Part shown: positions 30,095 to 40,563 of the stretch, piece by piece
Layout: the number at the start of each line of letters is the position of its first letter
Position numbering within the stretch: position 1 is the stretch's first letter
IMG/VR virus record: IMGVR_UViG_3300032246_003079
DNA from: a virus
Strand: one strand, 5' to 3'
Length of the DNA: 64,000 bases
Made by a program: the position numbers and the translations under genes
The notes under the pieces: generated by a model
What the model was told of the DNA's origin: nothing
The model's database searches: none
The model's input: only the letters and a program-made list of their open reading frames with translations

Positions 30095-30812
30095 CGTATC
30101 TTTCTAAGATTTTACCAATTAATGGGTTTCTTACGTTTTTTGCATTTCTAAAATCATAAATTCCAATATCGTTAACATTTTGAAATCTTTGAAGGGCGTC
30201 GTATAGTCCTGATTGTTTTTTATCTTTATATCTGTCAGTTTGCTCCAAGTCGCCAGATATGAAAAATTTACTATTATAACCGATTCTTGTCAATAGTAAT
30301 TTAATTTGATTTGGAGTTGCGTTTTGTGCCTCTTCAAATATTAAAATAGAATTATCAATATTCATACCTCTCATATACGCCAAAGCAAAAACTTCAATTA
30401 TTTCTGCTTCTTTTAATTTTTCACGAGTGTCTTTTCCAATTATTTTATTTAACAGATAATATGATGGAAAAATATATGGGTCTAACTTTTCTTCTAAGTT
30501 GCCGGGTAAAGAACCCAATTTTTCTTCAGCTTCAACTGCAGGTCTTACAATTATAATTTTTTCATATGAGTTCGACGGGTCAATTAATAAATCAACAGCA
30601 GCTTTCATAGAAATGTAACTTTTACCAACACCCGCGGGTCCTGAACAGATTGTAATTTGATTGCTTAATAAGATATCATAATAGTCTTTTTGGTTGTCAG
30701 ATAAAAATTTACTTTTTTGTTTTCTTTTGATTGTTGCGTTTATGAAATCTTTTTTTGAAATAGTTTGAGGAATTACAGGTTCTTCTGTTGTTAGTTTTTT
30801 TCTTGGAGACAT
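30075..30812 (-). CDS. phoH: PhoH-family ATPase
   Basis: GPAGVGKS, RPAVEA, LGSLPG, YMRG, EEAQN, GDLEQTD. Confidence 0.95.
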   Translation of the reverse strand: MSPRKKLTTEEPVIPQTISKKDFINATIKRKQKSKFLSDNQKDYYDILLSNQITICSGPAGVGKSYISMKAAVDLLIDPSNSYEKIIIVRPAVEAEEKLGSLPGNLEEKLDPYIFPSYYLLNKIIGKDTREKLKEAEIIEVFALAYMRGMNIDNSILIFEEAQNATPNQIKLLLTRIGYNSKFFISGDLEQTDRYKDKKQSGLYDALQRFQNVNDIGIYDFRNAKNVRNPLIGKILERYDEENWN

Positions 30813-30855
30813 TTATTTATTAATTTTTTTTTATGGTTTTACCGTTATCGGGGCT

Positions 30856-31881
30856 TTAGTAAATGTACTTCGTATTTTTAATTTCTTTGTCCACTTTGGA
30901 TTTAATCCATTCGTAAGTTTTTTTGAGTCCTTCTAATAATGGTTGATTAACTTCCCACCCAACTTTTTCTTTATATAATTTGTTGTCTGAGTTTCTACCT
31001 TTTACACCTAACGGGCATTTGAATCCGTATTTATCTAAGAAATCTTGACCTCCGATATTATTAATACTAATGTTTTTACCTGATATATCAATAGCCATTT
31101 GAGCCAATTCATTAATTGTAACCATCTCTTCAGAGCCAATATTAACAGGACCCAAAAAATCACTTTCCATTAATTTTAAAACGGCCTCAACACATTCATC
31201 AATGTATAAAAATGAACGAGTTTGTTGACCATTACCCCAAACTTCTATAGTACCGTTATCTTCAGCCTCCGCGGCTTTTCTACACATAGCTGCTGGTGAT
31301 TTTTCTTTTCCTCCATTCCATGTACCCTGTGGTCCAAAAATGTTGTGAAACCTTGCAACTCTTACATCTAATCCATAGTTTCGATTGAACGCCAAGTATA
31401 ATCTTTCTGAAAATAATTTTTCCCAACCGTATTCTGAGTCAGGATTTGCGGGGTAAGCGGAAGATTCTTCACAATTTGGGTTTAATGGGTCTAATTGATT
31501 ATGTTCGGGGTACATACATGCCGATGATGAATAAAATACTTTTTTAACTTTCTTTTTAACACATTCGTGAACAACATTAAGATTTATTGTTGCTGAATTA
31601 TACATAACATTTGCGTCATTTTCTCCTGTAAAAATATATAACGCACCACCCATATCTGCAGCCAATTGGTAAACCTCATCAACATCTTCTTCAATAACTA
31701 ATTTAACCACATTAGGGTCAGTTAAATCTCCAAGTATAAACTCATGACAAATATCTTCATGAGCAAAATATTCGTGTTTTTTTATATCACAAATTCTTAC
31801 GTGATTCCCTTCTTCTTTTAATCGTTTTGCGAGGTGACCACCTATGAATCCACCACCACCTAAAATTACTACTTTTTTCAT
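30856..31881 (-). CDS. NAD-dependent epimerase, GDP-mannose 3,5-epimerase-like
   Basis: GGGGFIG, LAADMGG, SSACMYP, YGWEK, GGKEKSPAAMCRK. Confidence 0.88.
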   Translation of the reverse strand: MKKVVILGGGGFIGGHLAKRLKEEGNHVRICDIKKHEYFAHEDICHEFILGDLTDPNVVKLVIEEDVDEVYQLAADMGGALYIFTGENDANVMYNSATINLNVVHECVKKKVKKVFYSSSACMYPEHNQLDPLNPNCEESSAYPANPDSEYGWEKLFSERLYLAFNRNYGLDVRVARFHNIFGPQGTWNGGKEKSPAAMCRKAAEAEDNGTIEVWGNGQQTRSFLYIDECVEAVLKLMESDFLGPVNIGSEEMVTINELAQMAIDISGKNISINNIGGQDFLDKYGFKCPLGVKGRNSDNKLYKEKVGWEVNQPLLEGLKKTYEWIKSKVDKEIKNTKYIY

Positions 31882-31885
31882 TTTT

Positions 31886-32593
31886 TTATAAATTTAAAAT
31901 ATAATAATTTATATCACTCAATTTATCTTTAAATTTGTTATTAACAAATGTAGCATTTAATCCCCACGATAAACACTGAAATCCATTATTTTCCATATAG
32001 TTTTTTAACTCACTTGGATTTTCTTCGGAATAATACTGACCATTTGTTGATGTTTCAACGTCAACATATACAACTCTGTCTTTCATGTATTTGTCCATAC
32101 CTTTAATAATATTAAAATCAGAAGATTGTGCATCAATTTTAATTTGGTCAATAAATGGGATTTTTTCCCAAGGAAAACAATCAAAAAAATCATTAAGTGT
32201 GATTACAGGCACATCTATAATATCAACAATTTCAAATGATTTTGGTTCAAATAAACTTGATGTCCCTGAATTATTATTACCTGTGCAATAAAATTTTTCA
32301 GAATCTGAATTTTTATCCGATAATGCGCAATTTATAACAAAGAAAGTATTATCAATTCTTTCTTTTTCAATGTGGTGAGGCCAAAAATCTTGACCATCGT
32401 ATATTGTTTTTATATTGTAAATGTTAGGTTCAAATCCAAAAACTAATAACTCGGTTTCTCTTTGTAACCATAGTTCAGAATTAGGTGCACTTAAAGATGT
32501 GCCTATGTCAAGTTTTACTTTTTTGACCCATTCTGGAATTTTTATTTTTCCGTCGTTGCCCAAAATATTTTTTAAAATTTCATTTTTTTTCAT
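31886..32593 (-). CDS. FkbM-family methyltransferase
   Basis: LDIG, FEPN, GTSSL, IKIDAQ. Confidence 0.75.
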   Translation of the reverse strand: MKKNEILKNILGNDGKIKIPEWVKKVKLDIGTSLSAPNSELWLQRETELLVFGFEPNIYNIKTIYDGQDFWPHHIEKERIDNTFFVINCALSDKNSDSEKFYCTGNNNSGTSSLFEPKSFEIVDIIDVPVITLNDFFDCFPWEKIPFIDQIKIDAQSSDFNIIKGMDKYMKDRVVYVDVETSTNGQYYSEENPSELKNYMENNGFQCLSWGLNATFVNNKFKDKLSDINYYILNL

Positions 32594-33240
32594 ATTTTTT
32601 TAAATACATAATTTTCATTATCAATAATATTAATTAGAGAATACCCAATACTTTTCATAAATTCAACAGCATCACTAACTTGAAATCCTCTTTTTTCTAA
32701 TGCGTAATTTAATTCCACTAAAACAGTTGGGGACTGAGTTTCAAAAGTATTTTTTGAGCCTAATAAAACTTCATAATCATATGAGTCAACATCAATTTTA
32801 ATAAAATCAACCTTTAATTTATTTTTTTCTACAAAATTATCAATCGTTTCGAAGTCAAAATCTTTTTCCTCGATTGATTGCTGAGACCAAATTTTAAATA
32901 TTTTATCTTTTTTAATTCCTACTTTATCCGATAGAGGTTTTTTTATTAAAGTAATATTTTTACAGTCATTATGTAGACAATTTGCACTCAACATTTCGAA
33001 AGTTTCCGTAGGTTCAAATGAATAAACCTTACCATTAGAGCATATTTTTGAAAATAAAGTCGTATATAACCCTATTTGGGCCCCGCAATCTATAACTACA
33101 CTATCTTCTTTTAGATTTTCAATCACAAAAATTCTTGTGTTTGGTTCAGGATTAGAATACCAACCCAAATCACAATCGTAATAGTTAGGTAACTCAATAT
33201 CTATTTTATTTTGGTTTATATTGTAAGAATATTTTATCAT
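32590..33240 (-). CDS. FkbM-family methyltransferase
   Basis: VIDCGAQIG, SFEP, IKIDVD. Confidence 0.85.
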   Translation of the reverse strand: MIKYSYNINQNKIDIELPNYYDCDLGWYSNPEPNTRIFVIENLKEDSVVIDCGAQIGLYTTLFSKICSNGKVYSFEPTETFEMLSANCLHNDCKNITLIKKPLSDKVGIKKDKIFKIWSQQSIEEKDFDFETIDNFVEKNKLKVDFIKIDVDSYDYEVLLGSKNTFETQSPTVLVELNYALEKRGFQVSDAVEFMKSIGYSLINIIDNENYVFKKI

Positions 33241-34328
33241 TTTTTTTTATTTATTTCAGTAAGTGTTATTTCTTGAATTATTTGCTTTAATTCTATAGTT
33301 ATACCTGGCCAATCTGGAAAGTCTTTTTTAAATTTATTATAATTTGTGACGTAGTAAATATGGTCACCAATTCTATTTTTTTCATCGACAGAGTATTTAT
33401 CCCAAGTTATCCATTCGGGTATATTTTTTTTACATATTTCATTCACCATATCTATAGTTTCGATAATAGAAATTGAATTGTTAATTCCTCCACCCGCATT
33501 GTAAACTTCTCCTTTTTTTGGGTTCATATGATAAAACCAAAACATATTAACTAAATCAAAAGAATGAATATTATCTCTTACCTGTTTTCCTTTATAACCA
33601 TAAATTGTATAATGTTTGTTATTAACAATACATTTTATTAAATACGATAGAAATCCATGTAATTCTGCACCAGCATGGTCAGGACCCGTTAGACAACCTC
33701 CCCTAAAGCTAACAGTGTTCATATCAAAATACTTACCATATTCTTGAACCATTATATCTGCAGAAACTTTTGACGAACCAAAAACAGAGTGAAGACAATT
33801 ATCTATCGACAAACTTTCATCAAAAGTTTGTTCTAAAATGTCACCATCCAAAAAAAATCTAGTATTGTTTTCTTTATATTTTAATTTGTTAGGGTTGTCC
33901 CCATAAACTTTATTAGTTGAAGTAAAAATAAAAGTCGCATTATTACAATATAATCTAGTTAACTCTAAAATGTTTAGAGTACCTAGAGCGTTTACGGTAA
34001 AATCGGTTAGAGGTTCCTTTGAGGCCCAATCATGGGATGGTTGAGCTGCGGTATGGATTATTATTTCAATATCATTTTTGTGTAATTTAAAAATTTTTTC
34101 TAAACTATTATAATCTCTAATATCTATATTATTAAATTCAAAAAAATTTTTATAATCATTAATAAGTTTTTTAGTGGTGTTTTCTGTAGTATTTTCCTCA
34201 CCAAAAAAATAAGACCTCATGTGATTATCTATTCCAATCACAAAAAAACCCTTATCGATAAAAAATTTAACAGACTGAGAACCAATTAAGCCAGAGCATC
34301 CTGTAATTAATGTTATTTTTTTTTTCAT
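33237..34328 (-). CDS. rfbE: CDP-paratose 2-epimerase-like SDR
   Basis: TGCSGLIG, HTAAQPSHDW, STNKVYG, HGFLSYL, GKQVRDNIH. Confidence 0.8.
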   Translation of the reverse strand: MKKKITLITGCSGLIGSQSVKFFIDKGFFVIGIDNHMRSYFFGEENTTENTTKKLINDYKNFFEFNNIDIRDYNSLEKIFKLHKNDIEIIIHTAAQPSHDWASKEPLTDFTVNALGTLNILELTRLYCNNATFIFTSTNKVYGDNPNKLKYKENNTRFFLDGDILEQTFDESLSIDNCLHSVFGSSKVSADIMVQEYGKYFDMNTVSFRGGCLTGPDHAGAELHGFLSYLIKCIVNNKHYTIYGYKGKQVRDNIHSFDLVNMFWFYHMNPKKGEVYNAGGGINNSISIIETIDMVNEICKKNIPEWITWDKYSVDEKNRIGDHIYYVTNYNKFKKDFPDWPGITIELKQIIQEITLTEINKKK

Positions 34329-34930
34329 AGTTTTATATATAAGTAATCTATATTCACATTGCCGTATAAACTATATCCTTTTTTTAAAAAAAAGTCATTG
34401 AATGAGGATTCATGAAAATTATTTTCAACACAAATTACTTTTATTTGATATTTATCAAAATCAATATTATTTAATATTTGTAACTCAGAACCTTCAGTAT
34501 CTATTGATAAAAAATCAATTTCGGTTTTCTGAACCACAGAATCAAATTTTTTCGCGTCAATTTCAATTATCTCAGATTGACCTCCATATGTTTTTAATTC
34601 TGACATAATTCTATTATAATGTCTTGAATCGTAAGAGTCAAAAATTCCACTTAACATTTCCGTATAACCTGACAATGATAAAAATTTTATTTTACTATCT
34701 TCATTCCAAATTGCACAATTTACACATTCACAATTTCTATTTTTAATTAATTCTTTGTAAACATTAGGGTGAGGTTCTATACAAACACCATCCCAACCCA
34801 AATCTTCTAAAATTTTAGTGTTACTTATTGAAAACCCGTCATATGCTCCAATGTCCACAAAATAACCATTTTTTTTGTGTTTAAAAATTTCCAAAATTTT
34901 ATTTTCTAACTCTAAAATTCTTCCTCCCAT
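34325..34930 (-). CDS. FkbM-family methyltransferase
   Basis: FVDIGAYDG..SNT, GWDGVCIEP, LSIDTEGSE. Confidence 0.88.
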   Translation of the reverse strand: MGGRILELENKILEIFKHKKNGYFVDIGAYDGFSISNTKILEDLGWDGVCIEPHPNVYKELIKNRNCECVNCAIWNEDSKIKFLSLSGYTEMLSGIFDSYDSRHYNRIMSELKTYGGQSEIIEIDAKKFDSVVQKTEIDFLSIDTEGSELQILNNIDFDKYQIKVICVENNFHESSFNDFFLKKGYSLYGNVNIDYLYIKL

Positions 34931-34995
34931 TTTTTTTGATTTTAATTTTTATTTTTATTTTTAATTTAATTAGTAAAAAAAAATTGTAAATATGA

Positions 34996-35832
34996 TTAAT
35001 TTTCTTTCAACTCTAATATTTTTTCATTAACCCTATCATACCAAAATCCATACTTTTCTTTAGCTGTTCTGTAGTTTTCAATTACATATTTAATTCTATT
35101 TGTGTAATCTTTTTCCGATAAATTATCTAAAATAGATTCTAACTCATTTTCTGTTTCAAAAAAAATTATACCATCCTTGTTAAAAAAATTAAAAACACTC
35201 GGGGTTCCCCAATAAATCGGGATTGTGTATGACATGAAACAGTCAACAATTTTTTCACTTATATAGTTGTTATTTTTTGTATTCTCAATCGATATATGAA
35301 ACATGGAATCCTCAAAAAGTTTATATTTTAGACTTCCTTCTATTGACTCGGGAAATAATAAATTAAATTTTCTTTTTTTTCTTATTATGTCTTTTGTTTC
35401 ATGTCTTAGTTTATGACCTGGTAAAAAATTTTTATTACTCATAACATGACTTAACTTAAATTTTTTATTTGTAGAAAAAATATTTTCATAATCTTTTTTA
35501 AGTGAAATAGGTTTTTTTTCTTTGTCCGTAAGAATCCAACAAGACGCATAAAGAAATAATTCAGAATTTTCACAAAAATTTAAAACCTCCTCGAATGATG
35601 TTAATATTTTGTCAAAATAAATTTTATTTTGAATTATTTCATTTGAAATATTATTTAACTCTACGGGTTCCATTCCCTGTATCAAAAGTAATTTATCAAA
35701 TTTTTTTCTGTCGGATAAAAGTTGATTTTTAAAATATGATTTTGGGGGGTCAATTATTATTTTTAAATTAAAATTATCAAAACTTAAAAAGTTGTTTCCC
35801 GGACAACCAAATTGTGAATATGTTTCAGTCAT
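34996..35832 (-). CDS. GT10 alpha-1,3-fucosyltransferase-like
   Basis: FHISIEN....YISEKI.DC.....PIYWG. Confidence 0.85.
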   Translation of the reverse strand: MTETYSQFGCPGNNFLSFDNFNLKIIIDPPKSYFKNQLLSDRKKFDKLLLIQGMEPVELNNISNEIIQNKIYFDKILTSFEEVLNFCENSELFLYASCWILTDKEKKPISLKKDYENIFSTNKKFKLSHVMSNKNFLPGHKLRHETKDIIRKKRKFNLLFPESIEGSLKYKLFEDSMFHISIENTKNNNYISEKIVDCFMSYTIPIYWGTPSVFNFFNKDGIIFFETENELESILDNLSEKDYTNRIKYVIENYRTAKEKYGFWYDRVNEKILELKEN

Positions 35833-35835
35833 AAA

Positions 35836-36411
35836 TTAAATTTTTGGGTAAATATATATTAAACCGGAGTCAACACAATCAACGTTATTATTATAATGAA
35901 AATTATACCCTTCTTCATTATAAATCTTGTTTATAAAAGATTCTATGTATTTGAAATCTAAATTTTGTTCCCCGTATCTATCAAATCCAAATTTAGGTTT
36001 TCCACGTTCGTCAGGAACATAAAAATCATGTATTATAATAATAGGTTTTACCTTTTTTTCAATAAAAACTTTTAATTCGTCATGAATAGGCCAATAGTTG
36101 TGCCAATGAGCATCAAGAAAAACTAATAAGTTTTTTTCATTGTAATCAATTATTTTTTCTAAAATTTCAGGTGATGAACCTAATATAATTTCAACATTGT
36201 TAATTTTTTCTTCTGATATATTTTTTTTGGCAATTTCAAAATTTTCTTCAGAAATTTCAATAGAAAAAACATTTACCCCAAATTCGGATAATTTTTTTGT
36301 AGACCATCCATGGTATGTGCCAGTTTCAATAATTTTATTTATCTTGTGTGAATTTATAAGTTTTTTAAATTCATCATATACAAACTTATCTTCTAATGCT
36401 CCTTTAATCAT
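35836..36411 (-). CDS. Class I SAM-dependent methyltransferase
   Basis: IETGTYHG, FLDAH, IHDF. Confidence 0.8.
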   Translation of the reverse strand: MIKGALEDKFVYDEFKKLINSHKINKIIETGTYHGWSTKKLSEFGVNVFSIEISEENFEIAKKNISEEKINNVEIILGSSPEILEKIIDYNEKNLLVFLDAHWHNYWPIHDELKVFIEKKVKPIIIIHDFYVPDERGKPKFGFDRYGEQNLDFKYIESFINKIYNEEGYNFHYNNNVDCVDSGLIYIYPKI

Positions 36412-37166
36412 ATTTTTTTAAATACTGGTATTTCTACCATTTTGTGTTTATTTTTATTATTCAAAGATTTAAATATTTTGATGACTTCTTTATCTCTTTC
36501 AGAAAGACTATCTAAATTTTCTTCATTGTTATTTTCCAGGTAATACATGGCAAATTCTAATTCTTCGTAAGTTGCTCCGATTTGGTCTTCATCGGTTCTA
36601 TCATCATCCCACAATCCGTCAGTCGGTTTTGCCAAAACTATGTCTTCTATTATACCAATTTTTTTCGCTAAATCCCTAACTTCAGTTTTTGTTAAATCGG
36701 CAATAGGGGAAATATCTACCCCTCCATCCCCATATTTAGTAAAAAATCCGACACCAAAATCTTCTATTTTATTACCAGTTCCGACTACTATACCATTATT
36801 ATTACTTGATATATGGTACAATGTAGTCATTCTAAGTCTAGAACGAGAGTTTGCCAATGATAATTCAGTTGAACATTCAAATAAAGATTTAAAATTTTCA
36901 AAAATATTAGTTAAATCAAATTCCAAAAATTCAACATTATTAAAATTATTCATGAGCCAATTTATGTGATTATGAGCCCTATTTATTTGTTTTTTATTTT
37001 GGTGTATTGGAATGCTGACAACAAATGTTTTAATTTTTGTTTTGGCACAAAGGGTTGAAACAACTGCGGAGTCAATACCACCTGATACACCAACAACAAA
37101 ACATAAATTATTATTATCCGTACTATACCTTATAAGCCAATCAACTATTCTGTTTTCTAAATTCAT
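36408..37166 (-). CDS. nadE: NH3-dependent NAD+ synthetase
   Basis: SGGIDS, GTGNK.E, FFTKYGDG, PIADL.KT, PTDGLW, DEDQIG. Confidence 0.92.
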   Translation of the reverse strand: MNLENRIVDWLIRYSTDNNNLCFVVGVSGGIDSAVVSTLCAKTKIKTFVVSIPIHQNKKQINRAHNHINWLMNNFNNVEFLEFDLTNIFENFKSLFECSTELSLANSRSRLRMTTLYHISSNNNGIVVGTGNKIEDFGVGFFTKYGDGGVDISPIADLTKTEVRDLAKKIGIIEDIVLAKPTDGLWDDDRTDEDQIGATYEELEFAMYYLENNNEENLDSLSERDKEVIKIFKSLNNKNKHKMVEIPVFKKI

Positions 37167-38242
37167 ATAATATTTTTTAGTTGATTTATTACTTCTTCTC
37201 TGTTGTCGGATACTACAACATTATATCCCATATTTTTTAAACTTAAGGCAAATTTAAGTTGTTGGGATTCTTCGATTAAGGTACTTTCTTTTTTATATGT
37301 AACGTATGGTATTACAACTTTTTTAGTCATATCGGGATTGTTTTTAACAAAATTTTGAATTTGATATTCTAAATGTTTTTCATTCATTATGTCTGTAGAT
37401 TTTGAAATTACTGCGTCAATGCCAACTTCTTCCGCACATTTAGATAGTGCACGATTATCTCTTGGAAAACAAGGTCCCCCAAAACCAAATCCGGGTTTAA
37501 GGTATTTATTTCCGATTCTACTATCTGAACCAACAGCATTTAAAATAACATTAGGATTACAATTCATCCTCTCAGATATGTCACCTATCATGTTTGCAAA
37601 ACTTATTTTAGTTGTGAGAAAACAGTTAACTGACAATTTTGTTAATTCAGATTCTGTTCTTGACATGCGGTTTACTATTGGATTAGAATCACACATTACT
37701 TTATATATGTGCTCAATCGTATTTCCTGCCGTTTCGTCTGATTCACCTATTAACACACTATCACAATTCAATTGGTCCATAATAATACTACCTTGAGCAA
37801 TAAATTCTGGATTATAAGACACAAAATAATTTAAATCTGACAATCTTTTTTGGATTGTGTCACAGTATCCTGGAAAAGTTGTTGAGTTTATAATTAAATC
37901 TTTACGGGTATTTTGTTTTCCGATTTTAATTAACTCATCAACTATATTATCTATTTGAGTGTGGTCGTATTTCCATTCTGGTGTTGATGGAGTTTTTACA
38001 ACAACAAATATTATATCATTTTTTAACGCTAATTCAAGAGAAGTTGTAAAAATAATATTTTTGGAACTTTGTAAAAATTCATTAACGTATGGTTCTGTAC
38101 TTTTAAAACTTTTATTATTTAATGAACCTACATATGACTCAGAAACGTCAACCCCTATTATATTAAATCCTTTTCTTTCTAAATTTAACGATAAACATAA
38201 GCCTAATTTGCCAACACCTATAATTGATATATTATTTTTCAT
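37163..38242 (-). CDS. ugd: UDP-glucose/GDP-mannose 6-dehydrogenase (short C-domain)
   Basis: GVGKLG, YNPEF, KISFAN, DSRIG, GFGGPCFPRD. Confidence 0.9.
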   Translation of the reverse strand: MKNNISIIGVGKLGLCLSLNLERKGFNIIGVDVSESYVGSLNNKSFKSTEPYVNEFLQSSKNIIFTTSLELALKNDIIFVVVKTPSTPEWKYDHTQIDNIVDELIKIGKQNTRKDLIINSTTFPGYCDTIQKRLSDLNYFVSYNPEFIAQGSIIMDQLNCDSVLIGESDETAGNTIEHIYKVMCDSNPIVNRMSRTESELTKLSVNCFLTTKISFANMIGDISERMNCNPNVILNAVGSDSRIGNKYLKPGFGFGGPCFPRDNRALSKCAEEVGIDAVISKSTDIMNEKHLEYQIQNFVKNNPDMTKKVVIPYVTYKKESTLIEESQQLKFALSLKNMGYNVVVSDNREEVINQLKNII

Positions 38243-38251
38243 GTTATAAAA

Positions 38252-39013
38252 TTAAATTATATTACCATAATTGTCAACTAAAAAAGTTGACGGGTACCAA
38301 GAATGAAAAAAATTGTTACGTGAATAGACATATTTATTTTGACCATAAAGATGAGAAACCCAACTAAAAGAACTATTCGAGGTTACTAATATTTCACTTG
38401 TAATTAAATGATATAATGTTGTTACTATATCACCGTTCAAATGTATTTTTGCGTTAAATTTTTTTTCAAATATTTCAAAATCTTCATCCTTACCTTGAGA
38501 AAAAATATGAACATCTAAATTTTTTCCGTGAATACTATGTATGTTTGTAATTAAATTTATAAAATAATTTTTTTTATTTTCTGAATAATATTCCCTGTTA
38601 TAATCAAAACAAACATCTTGAGGATTAATATTTCTTATATGTACGGATAAAGTTTTTTTATTTTTATCAAAGTAGTTTATTCCTGTGTATTTTATTTTTT
38701 CAAATAACTCAGGAATATATTTTTGTTTTACAGAATTTTCAGACTCACCCCAATTTTTTAATAGATATGATGGTTCAATATAGTTTGTCCCAACTTCCCC
38801 TTCTGATGAGATATTAAAAAAATCATTTAGTTTTTTATTAAAAATTTCTTTTTCCTCTCCAACATATTGGTAATGTGATATGTTCTGTAAACCAGGGAAA
38901 AACATTTTCTTATTATTGACCCTACAATACGCATATAAGTGAAGTTGTGACTGTAAAATTGAACCTAAACCTTCTTCGTCATTACCGTCATATCTTGTGT
39001 AATAGTATTCCAT
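38252..39013 (-). CDS. GT11-like glycosyltransferase
   Basis: EGLG..LQ, SVHIR, SNSSFSW. Confidence 0.65.
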   Translation of the reverse strand: MEYYYTRYDGNDEEGLGSILQSQLHLYAYCRVNNKKMFFPGLQNISHYQYVGEEKEIFNKKLNDFFNISSEGEVGTNYIEPSYLLKNWGESENSVKQKYIPELFEKIKYTGINYFDKNKKTLSVHIRNINPQDVCFDYNREYYSENKKNYFINLITNIHSIHGKNLDVHIFSQGKDEDFEIFEKKFNAKIHLNGDIVTTLYHLITSEILVTSNSSFSWVSHLYGQNKYVYSRNNFFHSWYPSTFLVDNYGNII

Positions 39014-39016
39014 ATG

Positions 39017-39829
39017 TTATTCTAAAAAACCATTTTTATAAGACACATCAATAATTTTCCAATAATCTTCGTATATGTCTTTGTAATTTTTAGGACCTCT
39101 TGGTCCGAACCAAATTGAAGGTGACAATATTTTTTTATCTGGGTTTTTATTTAAGAACGACGACCACCAAGAAAAAGTTGAGTTTACTATAATGTTGTGA
39201 TTACAAAGAGACATTAACCACATTTCTTCGTAATCCTCAAGGTTTTCGATAAACGTAGAATTTTTTAATTTAATGTTATTTTTTACCCATTCTTTATCAT
39301 CTCCAAAAATAAAAACATGTTTGTATTCCCCAACAATATTTAACGATTTTTCAATATATTTTTCGTTTGCGATAGGGTGAATATCTAAATTAAAAAAACA
39401 ATCCCCCCTACGTGTGTGTATGGATAAAGTATTATCTTGTTTTAATTGTGGATATTTATCATACATCTTATTTATAAAATCTTCAGTCGGGGAAAAAATA
39501 TTTTTAATTTGTTCATCATATCCCAAAAAGTTTTTACTACTTTGAAAATACCCTTCAAAGACAGTGCTATTAGTTTTTGGATTTACTTCAGAATATTCCC
39601 AAGGACCTTCAACAACTTTTTCAAATCCATCAATAGACTCAACAAACTTTAAATTTCTAAAAACGTTATTAATATAGTTTGAAGCTTGTCTACCTTGCAT
39701 TGGTGTCCATGATTTAGGGACAAAAACTACTTCTCTATCGTGTTTTATTCCTTGTGCCAATGCGTGAGCCGCTTGAAATAATTGATTACCTAAACCACCC
39801 ATTAAATTACATGAGATTAAATTATTCAT
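39017..39829 (-). CDS. GT11 alpha-1,2-fucosyltransferase
   Basis: GGLGNQLFQ, GYFQS, HTRRGD, NSTFSWW. Confidence 0.92.
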   Translation of the reverse strand: MNNLISCNLMGGLGNQLFQAAHALAQGIKHDREVVFVPKSWTPMQGRQASNYINNVFRNLKFVESIDGFEKVVEGPWEYSEVNPKTNSTVFEGYFQSSKNFLGYDEQIKNIFSPTEDFINKMYDKYPQLKQDNTLSIHTRRGDCFFNLDIHPIANEKYIEKSLNIVGEYKHVFIFGDDKEWVKNNIKLKNSTFIENLEDYEEMWLMSLCNHNIIVNSTFSWWSSFLNKNPDKKILSPSIWFGPRGPKNYKDIYEDYWKIIDVSYKNGFLE

Positions 39830-40563
39830 TTAACTAACTTATTTAATTTTTGTTTATTTCTAACCATGTTTGATACTTTTATTTGTTCAAGATTGGAGCC
39901 ACTAGCGCTACCTTGTTTGTGGTCATTATATGGGTTTTCTTCATTATAAACTAATAGTATATCGGGTATAAATTCATAATGATTTTCACCTGACATTTCA
40001 ACCATAGGGAATGAGTACGCAACATCAGCCCCTGATTTAAAATAATTTTTATTTTCATCTAAAAACATTTCTTCATCTATACTTCTCCATAAATGAGCTT
40101 TCCAAGTTCTTAAATGGGAAAAAACAAATAAGTCACGTCTTATTGTGTTAGGATTCGCCTTTGCCGAAAACCCCATCCTTCCATCAGAATATATAAAACT
40201 ACCGTTAGTAATCCAAAGATTTTTGTTTTTAGAATATCTATCAAAAACTTTTTGTAAAACTAATTCATTATAAAACCAATCATCACCATCCAACTCAACA
40301 ATAATATCTTCATCATCAATTAATGATTCATCCATCAATAAGTCATCTAAATTTTTTAATTTGAACTTTTTTTCAGTGTTTTTGATATAAACAAATCTTT
40401 CATCACCTTCTATTAATTTTTCTATGATTTGATTTGTATTGTCATTAGACATATCATCAATTAAATACATTTTAAAGTCCCGATAAGTTTGAGATTTAAC
40501 CGAATTAATACATTTTTCAATATAGTTTTCAACATTCCAAAAACAACTTACAACTTTAATCAT
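39826..40563 (-). CDS. Glycosyltransferase family 2
   Basis: CINSV..QT, IDDMSND, LDGDDW. Confidence 0.9.
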   Translation of the reverse strand: MIKVVSCFWNVENYIEKCINSVKSQTYRDFKMYLIDDMSNDNTNQIIEKLIEGDERFVYIKNTEKKFKLKNLDDLLMDESLIDDEDIIVELDGDDWFYNELVLQKVFDRYSKNKNLWITNGSFIYSDGRMGFSAKANPNTIRRDLFVFSHLRTWKAHLWRSIDEEMFLDENKNYFKSGADVAYSFPMVEMSGENHYEFIPDILLVYNEENPYNDHKQGSASGSNLEQIKVSNMVRNKQKLNKLVK

